Assembly: GCA_965113315.1 (NCBI GenBank)
Contig: OZ220366.1
Origin: Podarcis vaucheri
Lineage: Eukaryota
DNA: 64,000 nt
Reading direction: 5' to 3' (one strand)
The notes beneath the pieces were generated by a model. The model did no database searches, had not been told where the DNA came from, and saw only the letters and a list, made by a program, of their open reading frames with translations. Below are positions 53,550 to 64,000 of the stretch, one piece after another. Numbering within the stretch: the first letter of the stretch is position 1; every line of letters starts with the position of its first letter. A program made the translations under genes and the position numbers.

Positions 53550-53986
53550 CAGGAATTGCCCCATTTACACGTGATCGACTCACACACTACCATGTATACA
53601 CAAAGTACTAGGAAATAAATAAACCTGGAAATGTCAGGAGAGAGCTGGAGAAGAGACCCTCCCCAGATCCCAAAGAGGATGTAAAGTGAGGAAGCCCCAA
53701 AAAGACTACAGGCACAGTGGGGCTTTGCTTAGGATGCTCAGCCTCTCAGTCTAACAGCTGGTGTGTGCAGTAGCAGCAGCCACTTTTCTGCAAGTCCTCC
53801 GGCCTCCAGCCGGCCCCCAAGCTTCAATTCTAGTTGTGGATATTTTTAGATACAGGATTTTTGATATGGATTGAAGAGAGAGCAGCAGAGAGGGCATTTA
53901 AAGGGTGTTTAGAGGGTGGTCCCCATTTTCTGTTATGAGCATGGGGGCCTGGAACATAAACCCCATCTAAGTGGAGGTGATACCTG
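53550..53986 (+). mobile_element. Older Tigger-like MITE
   Basis: TA|CAGG...CCTG|TA; homologous to ~35988-36441. Confidence 0.7.
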
Positions 53987-54596
53987 TAACTGAATAATTC
54001 ACGTGTTTTTACCCTTGCTTATCCATCTCTGTTCCCTCTTTCCTCCATGTCACTGCAAGCCCCTTGGTAAAAGGATAATTGGTTGATTGATTAGAGTGGG
54101 GCAACAAGTTCCATACTGAAAAATATAAAATGTTAGATTGCAGTTCTAAGTTCAACCAATAGTTAACTTGTTTCAGAAACAACCCAACCCAAGCAACAAG
54201 TAGTATGTGAGCTACTAGTTCTGAGCCAGCAGTGACTTTCCAAGCACAAAATGGAAAGCTGTGCTTGCCAATCAAAGCAGTCTACAACTCTTTTATACTT
54301 TACTTTTGGCCTCAGCAGCGCTATTTTCCAAGCAAATCACTTGCAGAGCTGCAGCTACTGGCCCAAACCAGTGTTGAATGACTTCTGACCCATCAGATAT
54401 TCCTTTACAAAAGGAAAAGTAATTCCAGGGGCTTGTGTAGTAACAGTTCACAAACTCTGGATTAGGATCCAGCCATTATTTGCACTAACCACCAAACTTT
54501 TCCCTGTCCCAAGTCCTCTACACTTTGGCAAAGCACTAAGGGAAGGGAGAAGAAGTATACTGTTTGATCATCCCACAACCAGTCTGACTTTAGATA

Positions 54597-54810
54597 CAGG
54601 CAGACTCCCATTTACATGGCAGTAACATTCCGAGGCACTGCGCATATCAGTGAAATTGTGTATAATTGAAATCTATTTTAAAAGCCTGCAAACACTCATT
54701 CGGGCCTTTTAGTGACATCTTTTTGAAGTTTCCAGGTCACTTCCAGGTTCGGCAGATGAGCGTATAGCTGTATACACTGTCACACACATATTGAATGGGG
54801 GGTCTGCCAG
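54597..54810. mobile_element. Tigger-like MITE
   Basis: TA|CAGGCAGACTCCCATT...AATGGGGGGTCTGCCAG|TA. Confidence 0.75.
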
Positions 54811-57800
54811 TATACCATCCACAATACAGTGGATAGGACATATTTACAAGGGCTTCTGAGAATCTAGCTAGCAAAATATTTAAAGTACTTGTTGCAGCGA
54901 CCAAGTTAAACCCACAAGTGGATAGGAATAGTTTGTTAATATTTCATGAAGTTTTATCAAATATCTAGAACTCAGGACCACGCAAGAACTGGAACCACAG
55001 AAACATGCATTTGTAGGCTTAGAAAATACATTTAAGTTATAGTAGCGTCATTTTTTATGTTGAGGCAAGAATATCCACACACAAGACATTCTCAATACAT
55101 TAATTCATCCAAAGAATGGAGCACTTAGTACTTTACTTCATCAATTTACTATCATTCAAGAAGGCAAGTGATGCTACAAAGAATTGTAAAAAGGCCTGCA
55201 CTGTTACCCATTCAGCCAGAGTGGCAAATGTAACAAGACCTTTTCATCAAGCCCCCACAAAGGGGAAATAAATCTTAGCATTGTTTGCACCAGGTAACTT
55301 GCCTTCTATGACTGCAGGACACGAAAGGCTAGAAATCCAAACAAAAGCATGCAATATTGCAAATGAAGAAATTGGGGAGAAATTTCATCACAACTAAGAT
55401 TTTAAGGGAAATAGCTGGTATTTAAAATGCACAGTTCTTGCACAAGTTCTTTCCAAGAAATGAATGTATTTTGGATTTTAGATGAACTGCTACAGAATGT
55501 ATGCACATACAAAAATGTTTTAAGTTAAGGAAAATAAATTCATACATATCATTTCTGAATTGGCAGAAGTCTTGTTACCAGTGCAGAAAAGCGCCCATTG
55601 CACAGGTGCAGTAACTTCTTGTGTAATGACACCACTGTAATTCAGTCATGAAAGGCCCTGCAGAAAGGCTGGCAGAGTGGGGTGATGGCAGAAGATCATG
55701 AAAGTAAGGGTAATTAGCATTACCATATGTGCACGAAAACCTTCGTTTTCCCCTCTTTCAGTGATATATAAAGACACAATCACAGCTGTAATGGAAATAA
55801 ATATTAACACCAACTGCCAAGGCCCATAAATGTAACAGCTCCAATAGAACATAGGCACACAAAATAACAATATGATACCATTTACTGACACTCCTATAAC
55901 TACAAATCGCAATGTAAAAGTAGATAAAGAACTACAAGCAGACTGCATACTGGACAAAAGACAAATAGAGTAAACATCAGACTGCAGAAGGACACAGGAC
56001 AGCAATCAGTTTGCATCAACACGAATACTTGTGAATCAACAACGCTTTGCAGAAAAGCTATAGAACTGGGTTGGTTAAAAAAAATAATACAGAAAAAGCA
56101 GCATAAGCCACAGGATGTAAACAACTTGACGTTGTTTGATAGTCCAAGTGTTGGACTATGGTAGCAGTATTATTGTAGTTAAACGTTTTAACTTCTACAC
56201 TTCACAATTTTCAGCATTTTTACAAAATGGTAAGTGACCCTATTTCTAAGGAGACACTTTTTTATCCCAATCTCATGACAAAGCAACCCAATCTACTTGG
56301 CGGGGGAACCATGTTATTTTCTGTTCTCTTGCCCCAAGACCTATCTAATGCACATACTGACATCCTGCTTAAACTGCAGTATTAAATTCATATACTTGAA
56401 AGTAAGCTTCATTAAATTTAAAGACTTGCTTCCAAGTATATTTTGGATCCACGTGTTAATTAGGCAAGCAGAGTCCCACTGACCTCAACTGGACTTGGAA
56501 CTGTAAGCATGCAAGCTGAGCATACATTGAAAATAATAAAAGACAAAATATTTGAATAGTTAAACTTGTATGTAAGTTCTCTCTCAGGTATGCTTTTCTT
56601 AATAAAAAGAAGAAAATTTAAAAATACACTGAAATTTCATAGACACATACTTCCTGCTGAAACATAACAATTGACCAGCTTGACAAACAAGAGTTCTAAA
56701 GACATAAAAATACAAATGAGAACAAAACCGCAAGTATTCCCTGTAAAAGTTGTATATACTAGGTTTACAACAAAAATACCAAGGTTTTCAACTTCTTTGA
56801 AAGTCAATATAAGAGAACTAATATTCAAGGCATGATACTTGAAACAGCCATTTCAATAATAGCTTTTAAAATGTCACTTTAGAAAACCTTTTCACTAAAG
56901 TGTTACCAGATGTCTTAAATGACTTTTGTCCTACCTAGTCAATAAACGACCTGTTACTCTTCAGAAACTGTTATGAAACCTACTACCATCCCACAAAAGA
57001 GTGCATATTCTTGACTATTATCACAGATAGCTATTTCTTACTCCAGATACTAGCATTTATAATATTGATCTTGTAACAATTCCAGCATTTTGAAACAACT
57101 ATGAGTCATGATAATATAGGATCCTCTTATTTCCCCAAGGAAATGTATCCCATCTTTTCATTTCACAATGAAGTACTCAAAGCAGATAAAGGTGACATTG
57201 TAATGTGAATATATCATAATGTTTATGATTATGTTCCAACAAGCAAAGAATTTAGTTGTTTTCCCATGACTGGTCCTCTAAGATGCTGGCCTTCTGTAAT
57301 AGGAAAACATTATTAGAAGGGTAAATTCAGAGAGACATTGAATAGGCTGCAAGTGAAGCAAAGACAAAGAGTAACACAGAAGATATTTGTATGTTTCTGC
57401 CTTAAAACCTATTTATGAAAAGCATAGGAGGGGGGGAACCAAGTAAGTTTAAAAGATGAAGGAACTTATTGCAATCTTTTAAGTATGCTTTTATAGTACA
57501 GCCAAAACATTATTTGGAAGAAACATCAATTGATTTTAAATAGATATACATCCAAAGAAGTATGTGTAGCACTTTAAGTTGGAAGAAAGTCTCAATTCAA
57601 AATCAATGGCATTTGCTTCCAAGTAAAAATGTTTAGGGTAAGTGTGAGTAATTGTTTCAATCAACACATGAAAAAATTATCTTGCAACTTATTCCACATT
57701 ATAGTAATATAATTTTGTTCAAAACAATTCATAAATTTCAGTTATATGTCACCTTTAGCTCCAGATGTGATGGAAAATATTTTTTCATATTCTAATACCT

Positions 57801-58544
57801 AGTTGAACCTAATTTTCAAAATAATTTTCTTAACCACTTTAGGAGATTTCAAAGAGCAGAATGAGAAAGCATTTCATAAATAACTTCAGAAATTATTAAA
57901 GCTGATTGCTGCTATTAGTAATTTATATTCAGTGATTCCTTATGTTTTTAAAGGACTGTGTAATGTTTATGGATTTTGTGTTTTTTGTCTATCTCCTTTC
58001 TTGTAAACCACCCTGTGCCTTTTGTGCAAATCAACCAAATAAAATCTGCATTTTCTAAGTTTTATCCACAATTTCCTGAAGTGATGTACATATTATTAAA
58101 ACTCTAAGTCCAGAACTCACTTAAAACCCATTCTTCCAAACATTTCTTCTTAGCTATAAATGATAAAAGCTAAATACAACATAATTAGAAGACATTTGCA
58201 AGCATAGGTTGAAGCACAATTCATACAAAAACCTGATGAACTTAAATGATATTGAGGGCCATGTCTTCACACAGTAGATAGTGACAACTGTATTGAACCA
58301 CCACCCCCCACTTTTAAGTCTGTGTTGAAGTCCATTCAAATATTATTTGTATCAATATCGTATGTTAAATATACGGTGCAAAATTAGGATGCTGAAAGAA
58401 CAGCACACTACTGCATGTCTTTTAAGACTGCAATCCTAAGCAGTTACCTGGGAGTAGGTGCCACTGAACTCAGTAAGGCTTGCTTCTAAGGAAGCATGCA
58501 TAGGACTGTTGTGCGAGTCAAGTTTGAGGTGTCTTGAAAATCCT

Positions 58545-58585
58545 TTGTTGTTGTTTAGTCATGTCCGACTCTTCATGACCCCTTG
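58545..58585 (-). mobile_element. RTE/BovB-like 3' tail fragment
   Basis: TTGTTGTTGTTTAGTCATGTCCGACTCTTCATGACCCC. Confidence 0.55.
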
Positions 58586-59777
58586 GATTCTTTACTGCAT
58601 ATGTCACCCAATCCTCTGCATGCTTATTCAGAAGTCCCACTGAATTCAATGGGGCTTAAGTCACAATTGTATATAGATTTGTAACTCTCCAGTCCCTTTT
58701 CTATGTACATTAGGACACATTTTGTACATGGTCTGAAAATAACTACGCCAATAACATTAAAACTAAATTCATCAAGTAAATTTGCCTCTCCATTAAAATC
58801 AATTGGAGCCCAGATGCTAATTATATCAAGGTAAAATTGCAGCCTAAAAATGCTTAAGCATCTCACAAAGCAAGCCTGTGTTCAAAAAGGCACTATGTCG
58901 ATTATTCATCCAACGTATCTAGGAGATATGTTCCCGAGTTTGGAAAAAGGTCTTTTAAAAAAGGACAAACAAGATAATGTGAATTATAACGCATACTTTG
59001 CACAATAACTAAAATGTAAGGAGTTATAAACCACCAGGACTACACAAAGAACTAGAATATAATCTTCTGGAACCTAACGGAGAAAGGGTGTTGAATTCTG
59101 AGGGCTTCTCCGGCAACACGACGGCCTTACTGGAAACCAGGAGTGCAGCCATGACACAGCCCACCTGCGCCCATGACAATAATGTTTACAAGGAATGCGA
59201 ATGCGCTGGGCCTGGCGGTTTGAGACAGGATTTAGAAAGAAAGAGCTTGAGCGGGGCCTTATTTCCTGGCGTAGCCCAGGCCTACACGATTCCAATCACT
59301 CCACCTCAGTAATGGCGTTTGGCGTGAAGTGAAACGAGACTCAAAAGGAACTAAACGCCGGGCGAAGCCGTGCCGGGAGCCCCGTTCCCTCCGCCGTCCC
59401 TCCTTCGCCCCGTTCCCCCGGCTACTTGAGAAAGGGGGTCAGGCGAGAAGCCGGCCAGTTCTGCGGGGCCGTGTTTCCCCCTCCCAGGGACTGCGGATAC
59501 CGGGCGTGCGCGCCCCATTCTCCCGCAAGGCCCAGGACAGGCCGGGCAGAGAGAATGAGGAGTCGTCAGCCATTTTCCCTTCTCACTCCAAAACACACCG
59601 ACACACGCACGGGCAGGCATTTCCCAACCCCCCCAGACACGCTGACACACACAGCGAGGCGCCCCCACCCCGGAGGTTCAGCCCCCTTGTTTTCCCCACA
59701 GCGTGGCCCCCCTTCCTCCCAGCCCCCCACCCCGCCGCCGGCCATGGCAGCCCCAGCGCCTTCCCCAGCTCGCTCAC

Positions 59778-60480
59778 CCCCACACAGCGTCCCCTGTTTC
59801 CGCTGCTGCTCCTCGCGCTAGTGCCGAGGCCCGCTCCGCTCCCGGGCGCCGCCGCCGCCGCTGGCTCTGCTGGCGATGAGAGGAGGAGGAGGAGGAGGCT
59901 GCAGCGGGTGTGGCTGAAGAGTTTCTCATCCCAGGCGGCTGCAGCCGCAGCAACCAGCGGGGCTGTGTCTCATGCCGGGCAGGAGTCGAGTCGCTGCCGT
60001 TACTACTGCTCCCAGGGAGCCGCCCGACACGCCGCGACCCGGGCCGAGTCTCCTTTCTCTTCCCTTTTAGTTTTGCGTCACCAGCTGTTCGGTGGGGCCG
60101 CCGCTTCCCGGCGACGGCCGCAGTGCTGGGCGCGCAGAGGCAAGGCCCGAGCCCGCTGCGCTCTGCCTCGGCCAGGAAGCTCCGGCTGGGCTGGGCCTGC
60201 GGGGCTCCGTCGCTCCCAGTCCGGAGGAGCCGATATGCGCCTAGTGCCTCGGAGGAGGGCAGGGGAGCAGGAGGAGCGGGGAGGGGGCGACGAGACGGGG
60301 CTCCTCTCTTCGGCGAGGCAACGGAGGAGAGCCCGGCTGCGGGAGAGGAGGGGGCGGAGAGCAGCGGCGACGCGAGGCACAGGCGCGGCGGAGACGGTGT
60401 GTCTGTGTCCCGGGCAATATGGCGGCTCTAGCAGGGTTCGGCCAGCAGCAGCAGCGGCGGCGGCGCAGACTCCGACTCAA
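59778..60480 (-). other. USP9X: USP9X non-coding exon 1 (donor inferred; 5' end approximate)
   Basis: GC-rich; donor GGG|GTGAGC at 59777-59776; YY1-like GCCGCCATATT near 60416-60426; TSS not determinable from sequence alone. Confidence 0.6.
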
Positions 60481-60911
60481 CGCAGCGGCGCCGGCCCCGC
60501 CACCCAAACAGCGTCCGCGGCGGCGAGCGTGACCCCCTCCCTTTCCTGCGTGTCAGGCAGTCCGTCACTCCCACTTGCCCCCCCTTCCGTGTTCCCGAGG
60601 CTGAGCAGGCACCAGTTGACGCCTTGCCTTGTATGGGCGGAGAGCAGCGGGGACGGGGGTCGCTGCTGCTGAGGGGGCGATGTGTGTGAGGGGGGGCTTT
60701 CTCCCTGGTGTGGGGGGGAGGGGGCGGAGCGGCGCCCGCGTCGGTGAGGGCCGGGCGCTGACGGCGGCCGAGCGGGGCCTGGCTTAAGCTGGGCCAGGCC
60801 GCGCTCACTGAGGCGGGGGCAACTAGTACGGCCGTTTCATTTCGGTTGGGCTCGGTTTTGGCTCCATTGTGACCCGCGGTGCGAAGAGCGCCGCCGCGGA
60901 GAGCCCGATAA

Positions 60912-60919
60912 TGACGTCA
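60912..60919. promoter_or_regulatory. Full palindromic CRE (TGACGTCA)
   Basis: Exact CREB/ATF consensus inside the promoter CpG island. Confidence 0.6.
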
Positions 60920-61884
60920 CCTTTTCGTGCTTGGAGGGGGGGGGAGGAAGAAACAGAATTGACCCTCCCCTTCCTCTCCCCTCCCCTTCCCCTCCGTCCC
61001 AGGGGCCAGCCAAAGGCTGACGCGTGGGTGGGGCGGCAAGAGAAAGAGGGAGAAAGAAAGAGAAGAGAAGCTCCGGCCGGGCTGCTGAAGAGAGGGGGAA
61101 ATGGGATTCAGTTACAGCGGCTGCAAACCTGGGGAAACTGAGCAAGAGCCTCGAGGCGTTATCGGCTGGAGCGTCCTCTCACTGCGCGGGCTGGAGAGAC
61201 AGGCGTTGCGCATCATCATCATCATCACCGCCAGAGGAAATTATTCTGCACATCTCCGTCGTCTGGACAAAATCACCGGAAACAGCTCTGAAGAGAGCAG
61301 AAGTAGTGCTGGGTGTAAAGGAGCCGAGAGGAGTGCTGTTTCTGTGTTCTGCCAGATTGAGAGGACTCGTCCCTCTTTGTTACTATTATTTTAAAATAAT
61401 AATAAGCAGTGGGACGTCTGCCTCATCTTGGCAAGATGCATAAACGTCTCCTGACTACATTTGTACCCAACACTTTTAAATTTCACAGACTCCTTACGTT
61501 CTTAGACCTGGCAAAAATATGTTACATATAGTGGCTCACGTTTCATTGCTAACCTTACTGTTTTGGCTTTACCTCACACCCATTGCACTTTCTGTCATAT
61601 TCTCATTCTGTAGTTTTGTTATCTTCCTGGACATGAGTTGGAATTAAAAACATCTTGCTAGTTGGAATGCACGTGCAGGGATTCCATTCAGTGATTTTAT
61701 TTAATATTCAAGTAAACAGAAGCTGCAAACTTTTTCAAACTAATACCTAAACCATAGTAAGATGTGAATCAATAACTGCAAGCAAGAAGTGTCTGCTACG
61801 AATTGCACTTGGAGTCCATACTCCCCTGTGTCTGCCGGAGGGTAGAGTCCCACCAGCAGGAATACCCCATTTATATATATCAGT

Positions 61885-62139
61885 GGGACGCGGGTGGCGC
61901 TGTGGGTTAAACCACAGAGCCTAGGACTTGCTGATTAGAAGGTCGGACCACTCCAGCGGGAAGGTAAACAGCGTTTCCGTGCGCTGCTCTGATTTGCCAG
62001 AAGCGGCTTAGTCATGCTGGCCACATGACCCGGAAGCTGTACGCCGGCTCCCTCGGCCAATAAAGTGAGATGAGCGCTGCAACCCCAGACTCGGTCACAA
62101 CTGGACCTAATGGTCAGGGATCCCTTTACCTTTACCTTT
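61885..62139 (+). mobile_element. Sauria SINE, second subfamily, internally deleted
   Basis: Head GGGACGCGGGTGGCGCTGTGGG; (ACCTTT)n tail; B-box region missing; TTTATATATAT on both flanks. Confidence 0.92.
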
Positions 62140-62868
62140 ATATATATAGCTCAAAATCTTGTTTCTATGTCTTCCCTCTCCTCCCACTTAAGGATTTGTT
62201 TTGCAACAAAGGTTTGGCAGTGGAAGGTTCATGACTTAGAGCAGGACAGGTGAGGGCAATGAGGGCAGGCCTAGAGAACCTGTAGCCCTCCAAATGTCAT
62301 TGGACTCCCAACTTACATCCCTAACTGTTGGCCATGATAGCTAGGGCTGATGGGAGTTGCAGTGCAACAACATCTGGAAGCCTACAGGTTTCACACTGGC
62401 TCTAATTAAGGATTTTGCTATACAGTATATAATCATTTTTTAATTGGTCACAATACATCAATAATTCAAGCATATTTAATTTCGTTGAAATTAGTGAGCA
62501 AAAGCATTATGAATTGTGTTAGGCCATGGCCTTTGTGATTTTTATAGCATCCTATGTGAAACAGCTTTTTTGCTTTATTTCCCCACATTAATGAGTTTTA
62601 ACACCTGGCGAGGGCTAGACTGGCGCAGTGGGTTCTGTTGACCCTGGGTGGCAAAAAAAGGAACGCAATGCCACTGCCAGCAGCCACAGCACCACTAGCT
62701 AGGCTGGTGTAATTATGTCATAAAATAGTCACAACCCTACACTCCCAGCAGCAAAGTAGAAAGAAAAGCAATACCAAAAGAAATGAGATAAATTAGCAAC
62801 ATTAACAGGCAGTCCCACAGCCTCCACAAGTCCAATGTCATCCACCAATCACTGATGACCACCAAATA

Positions 62869-63220
62869 CAGTGGTGCCTCGCAAGACGAAATTAATTCGT
62901 TCCGCGAGTTTTGTCGTCTTGCGTTTTTTTCATCTTGCGAAGCACGGTGTTGGGAAAGTTTTGGAAAAGCTTCAAAAGTCACCAAAGTCTTTAAAAACCT
63001 CAAAAAAGGCTACCACACCACGTTCTATGAGTTGCTCCTCGAAGTCAAGTCGCAACTGTATTAACGGTGTTAAGAAAAAGGAAACAAACTTGCAAGATGT
63101 TTCTGTCTTGCGAAGCAAGCGCATAGGGAAAATCGTCTTGCAAAGCAGCTCAAAAAACAACACCCTTTCATCTAGCGAGTTTTTTGTCTTGTGAGGCATT
63201 CGTCTTTCGAGGTACCACTG
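62869..63220. mobile_element. TA-flanked pogo/Tigger-like MITE
   Basis: TA|CAGTGGTGCCTCG...CGAGGTACCACTG|TA; repeated GTCTTGCGA subterminal motif. Confidence 0.9.
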
Positions 63221-63514
63221 TAGTATCTATGCATGGAAGACACCAAACACAGGGATGCCATGATGATATGTTGTTACAGCATCCATTCTGCATCTCCAGT
63301 GCATGATGGATGAACACAATGCAAATAATTGCTCATTCAGGAGCCTCCATGGCTCATTGTTTGGAGGACAGCTGTTAACACAGCCACAAGCTCCAGTTTT
63401 TCACTTAGGGGCTTGAATCCCATCAAAAAAGTAAGTAGCAGCCTTCAAGTATCTCATTTGATGGGAAAAGTCAGGGCAATGGGTGCCATTCTCGTAGTAG
63501 TGGTAGTATTAGTA

Positions 63515-63723
63515 CAGTGGTACCTCGGGTTAAGTACTTAATTCGTTCCGGAGGTCCGTTCTTAACATGAAGCACCACTTTAGCTAATGGGGCCTCCTGC
63601 TGCCGCTGTGCCACCGGAGCACGATTTCTGTTCTCACCCTGAAGCAAAGTTCTTAACCTGAAGCACTATTTCTGGGTTAGCGGAGTCTGTAACCTGAAGC
63701 GTATGTAACCCGAGGTACCACTG
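63515..63723 (+). mobile_element. TA-flanked pogo/Tigger-like MITE, family A
   Basis: TA|CAGTGGTACCTCGGGTTA...TAACCCGAGGTACCACTG|TA, perfect TIRs. Confidence 0.93.
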
Positions 63724-63881
63724 TAATTAATTAATAAGAAATAGCAACGATTCCTATAGTCCAGAGGATAGAAGGACAACACACTGAACCTGTAGGCAAC
63801 AGGCCTTCTCCTAAAGGGCTCAGACCCCACAGCAGTGAAGATGATTCTGCACTCAATGTATTTGTGTTGATGTCTGTAAAG

Positions 63882-64000
63882 TAGGGTTGCCATCTTTCAA
63901 AAAGTGAAAATCCGGACACAAAAGTTGGGTTGTCACATGTCTGGATTTTCCCGGACATTTCAGTTGGAATGCATAAACAAGGAAGAATGCACTACAGTAG
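63882..64000 (+). mobile_element. hAT-like element left end (other end not seen in window)
   Basis: TAGGGTTGCCA terminus followed by CCGGACA subterminal repeats. Confidence 0.6.

Larger units (their letters stand above)
59330..61270. promoter_or_regulatory. CpG island / USP9X promoter
   Basis: Abrupt switch to very GC- and CpG-rich sequence at the 5' end of a housekeeping gene; GC boxes (GGGGCGG), G-runs, no evident TATA box. Confidence 0.9.

Noticed and set aside
55646-56005. 119-aa hydrophobic ORF resembling a membrane protein
   Set aside because: Hydrophobicity follows from the T-rich strand; non-ATG start; no family motif.
59329-60672. 447-aa + strand ORF and other overlapping ORFs in the CpG island
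   Set aside because: GTG start, low-complexity R/A/P/G composition, ORFs in most frames. This is expected from stop-codon scarcity in GC-rich DNA, and it lies antisense to exon 1.
62737-63199. Overlapping ORFs on both strands upstream of the promoter
   Set aside because: They lie inside a non-autonomous MITE and show no transposase motifs.
1-64000. CRISPR arrays, operons or other prokaryotic systems
   Set aside because: Eukaryotic intron-exon DNA; repeats are dispersed TEs and microsatellites, not repeat-spacer arrays.

Overview
Vertebrate genomic DNA from a squamate reptile; the Sauria/POM-type SINEs and the MITE repertoire point to a lacertid lizard. Almost the whole window is one minus-strand gene, the deubiquitinase USP9X (FAF-X). 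It has a CpG-island promoter and non-coding exon 1 at about 59.8-60.5 kb, a ~19.7 kb intron 1, and 37 coding exons (exons 2-38, ATG at 39952, down to 277). I delimited all 37 by GT-AG boundaries; they join into one uninterrupted frame of 6562 nt (~2187 codons) that includes the USP catalytic Cys and His boxes. The 3' end of the gene lies beyond position 1. Introns carry many transposon relics: Sauria SINEs, a tRNA-derived SINE, L1, L2, CR1, Rex1/Babar, Penelope-like and BovB fragments, and many TA-flanked (pogo/Tigger/Tc2-like) and 8-bp-TSD (hAT) MITEs. I see no wholly new gene. The best leads are regulatory. (i) An inverted MITE pair brackets exons 2-6 within ~1 kb of both back-splice sites, predicting a circRNA in which the USP9X frame runs into a 5'-UTR uORF frame. 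(ii) The 5' leader is packed with overlapping uORFs. (iii) An antisense SINE tail places decoy 5' splice sites just downstream of exon 16. Exon numbering follows human USP9X as I recall it and was not checked against a database.
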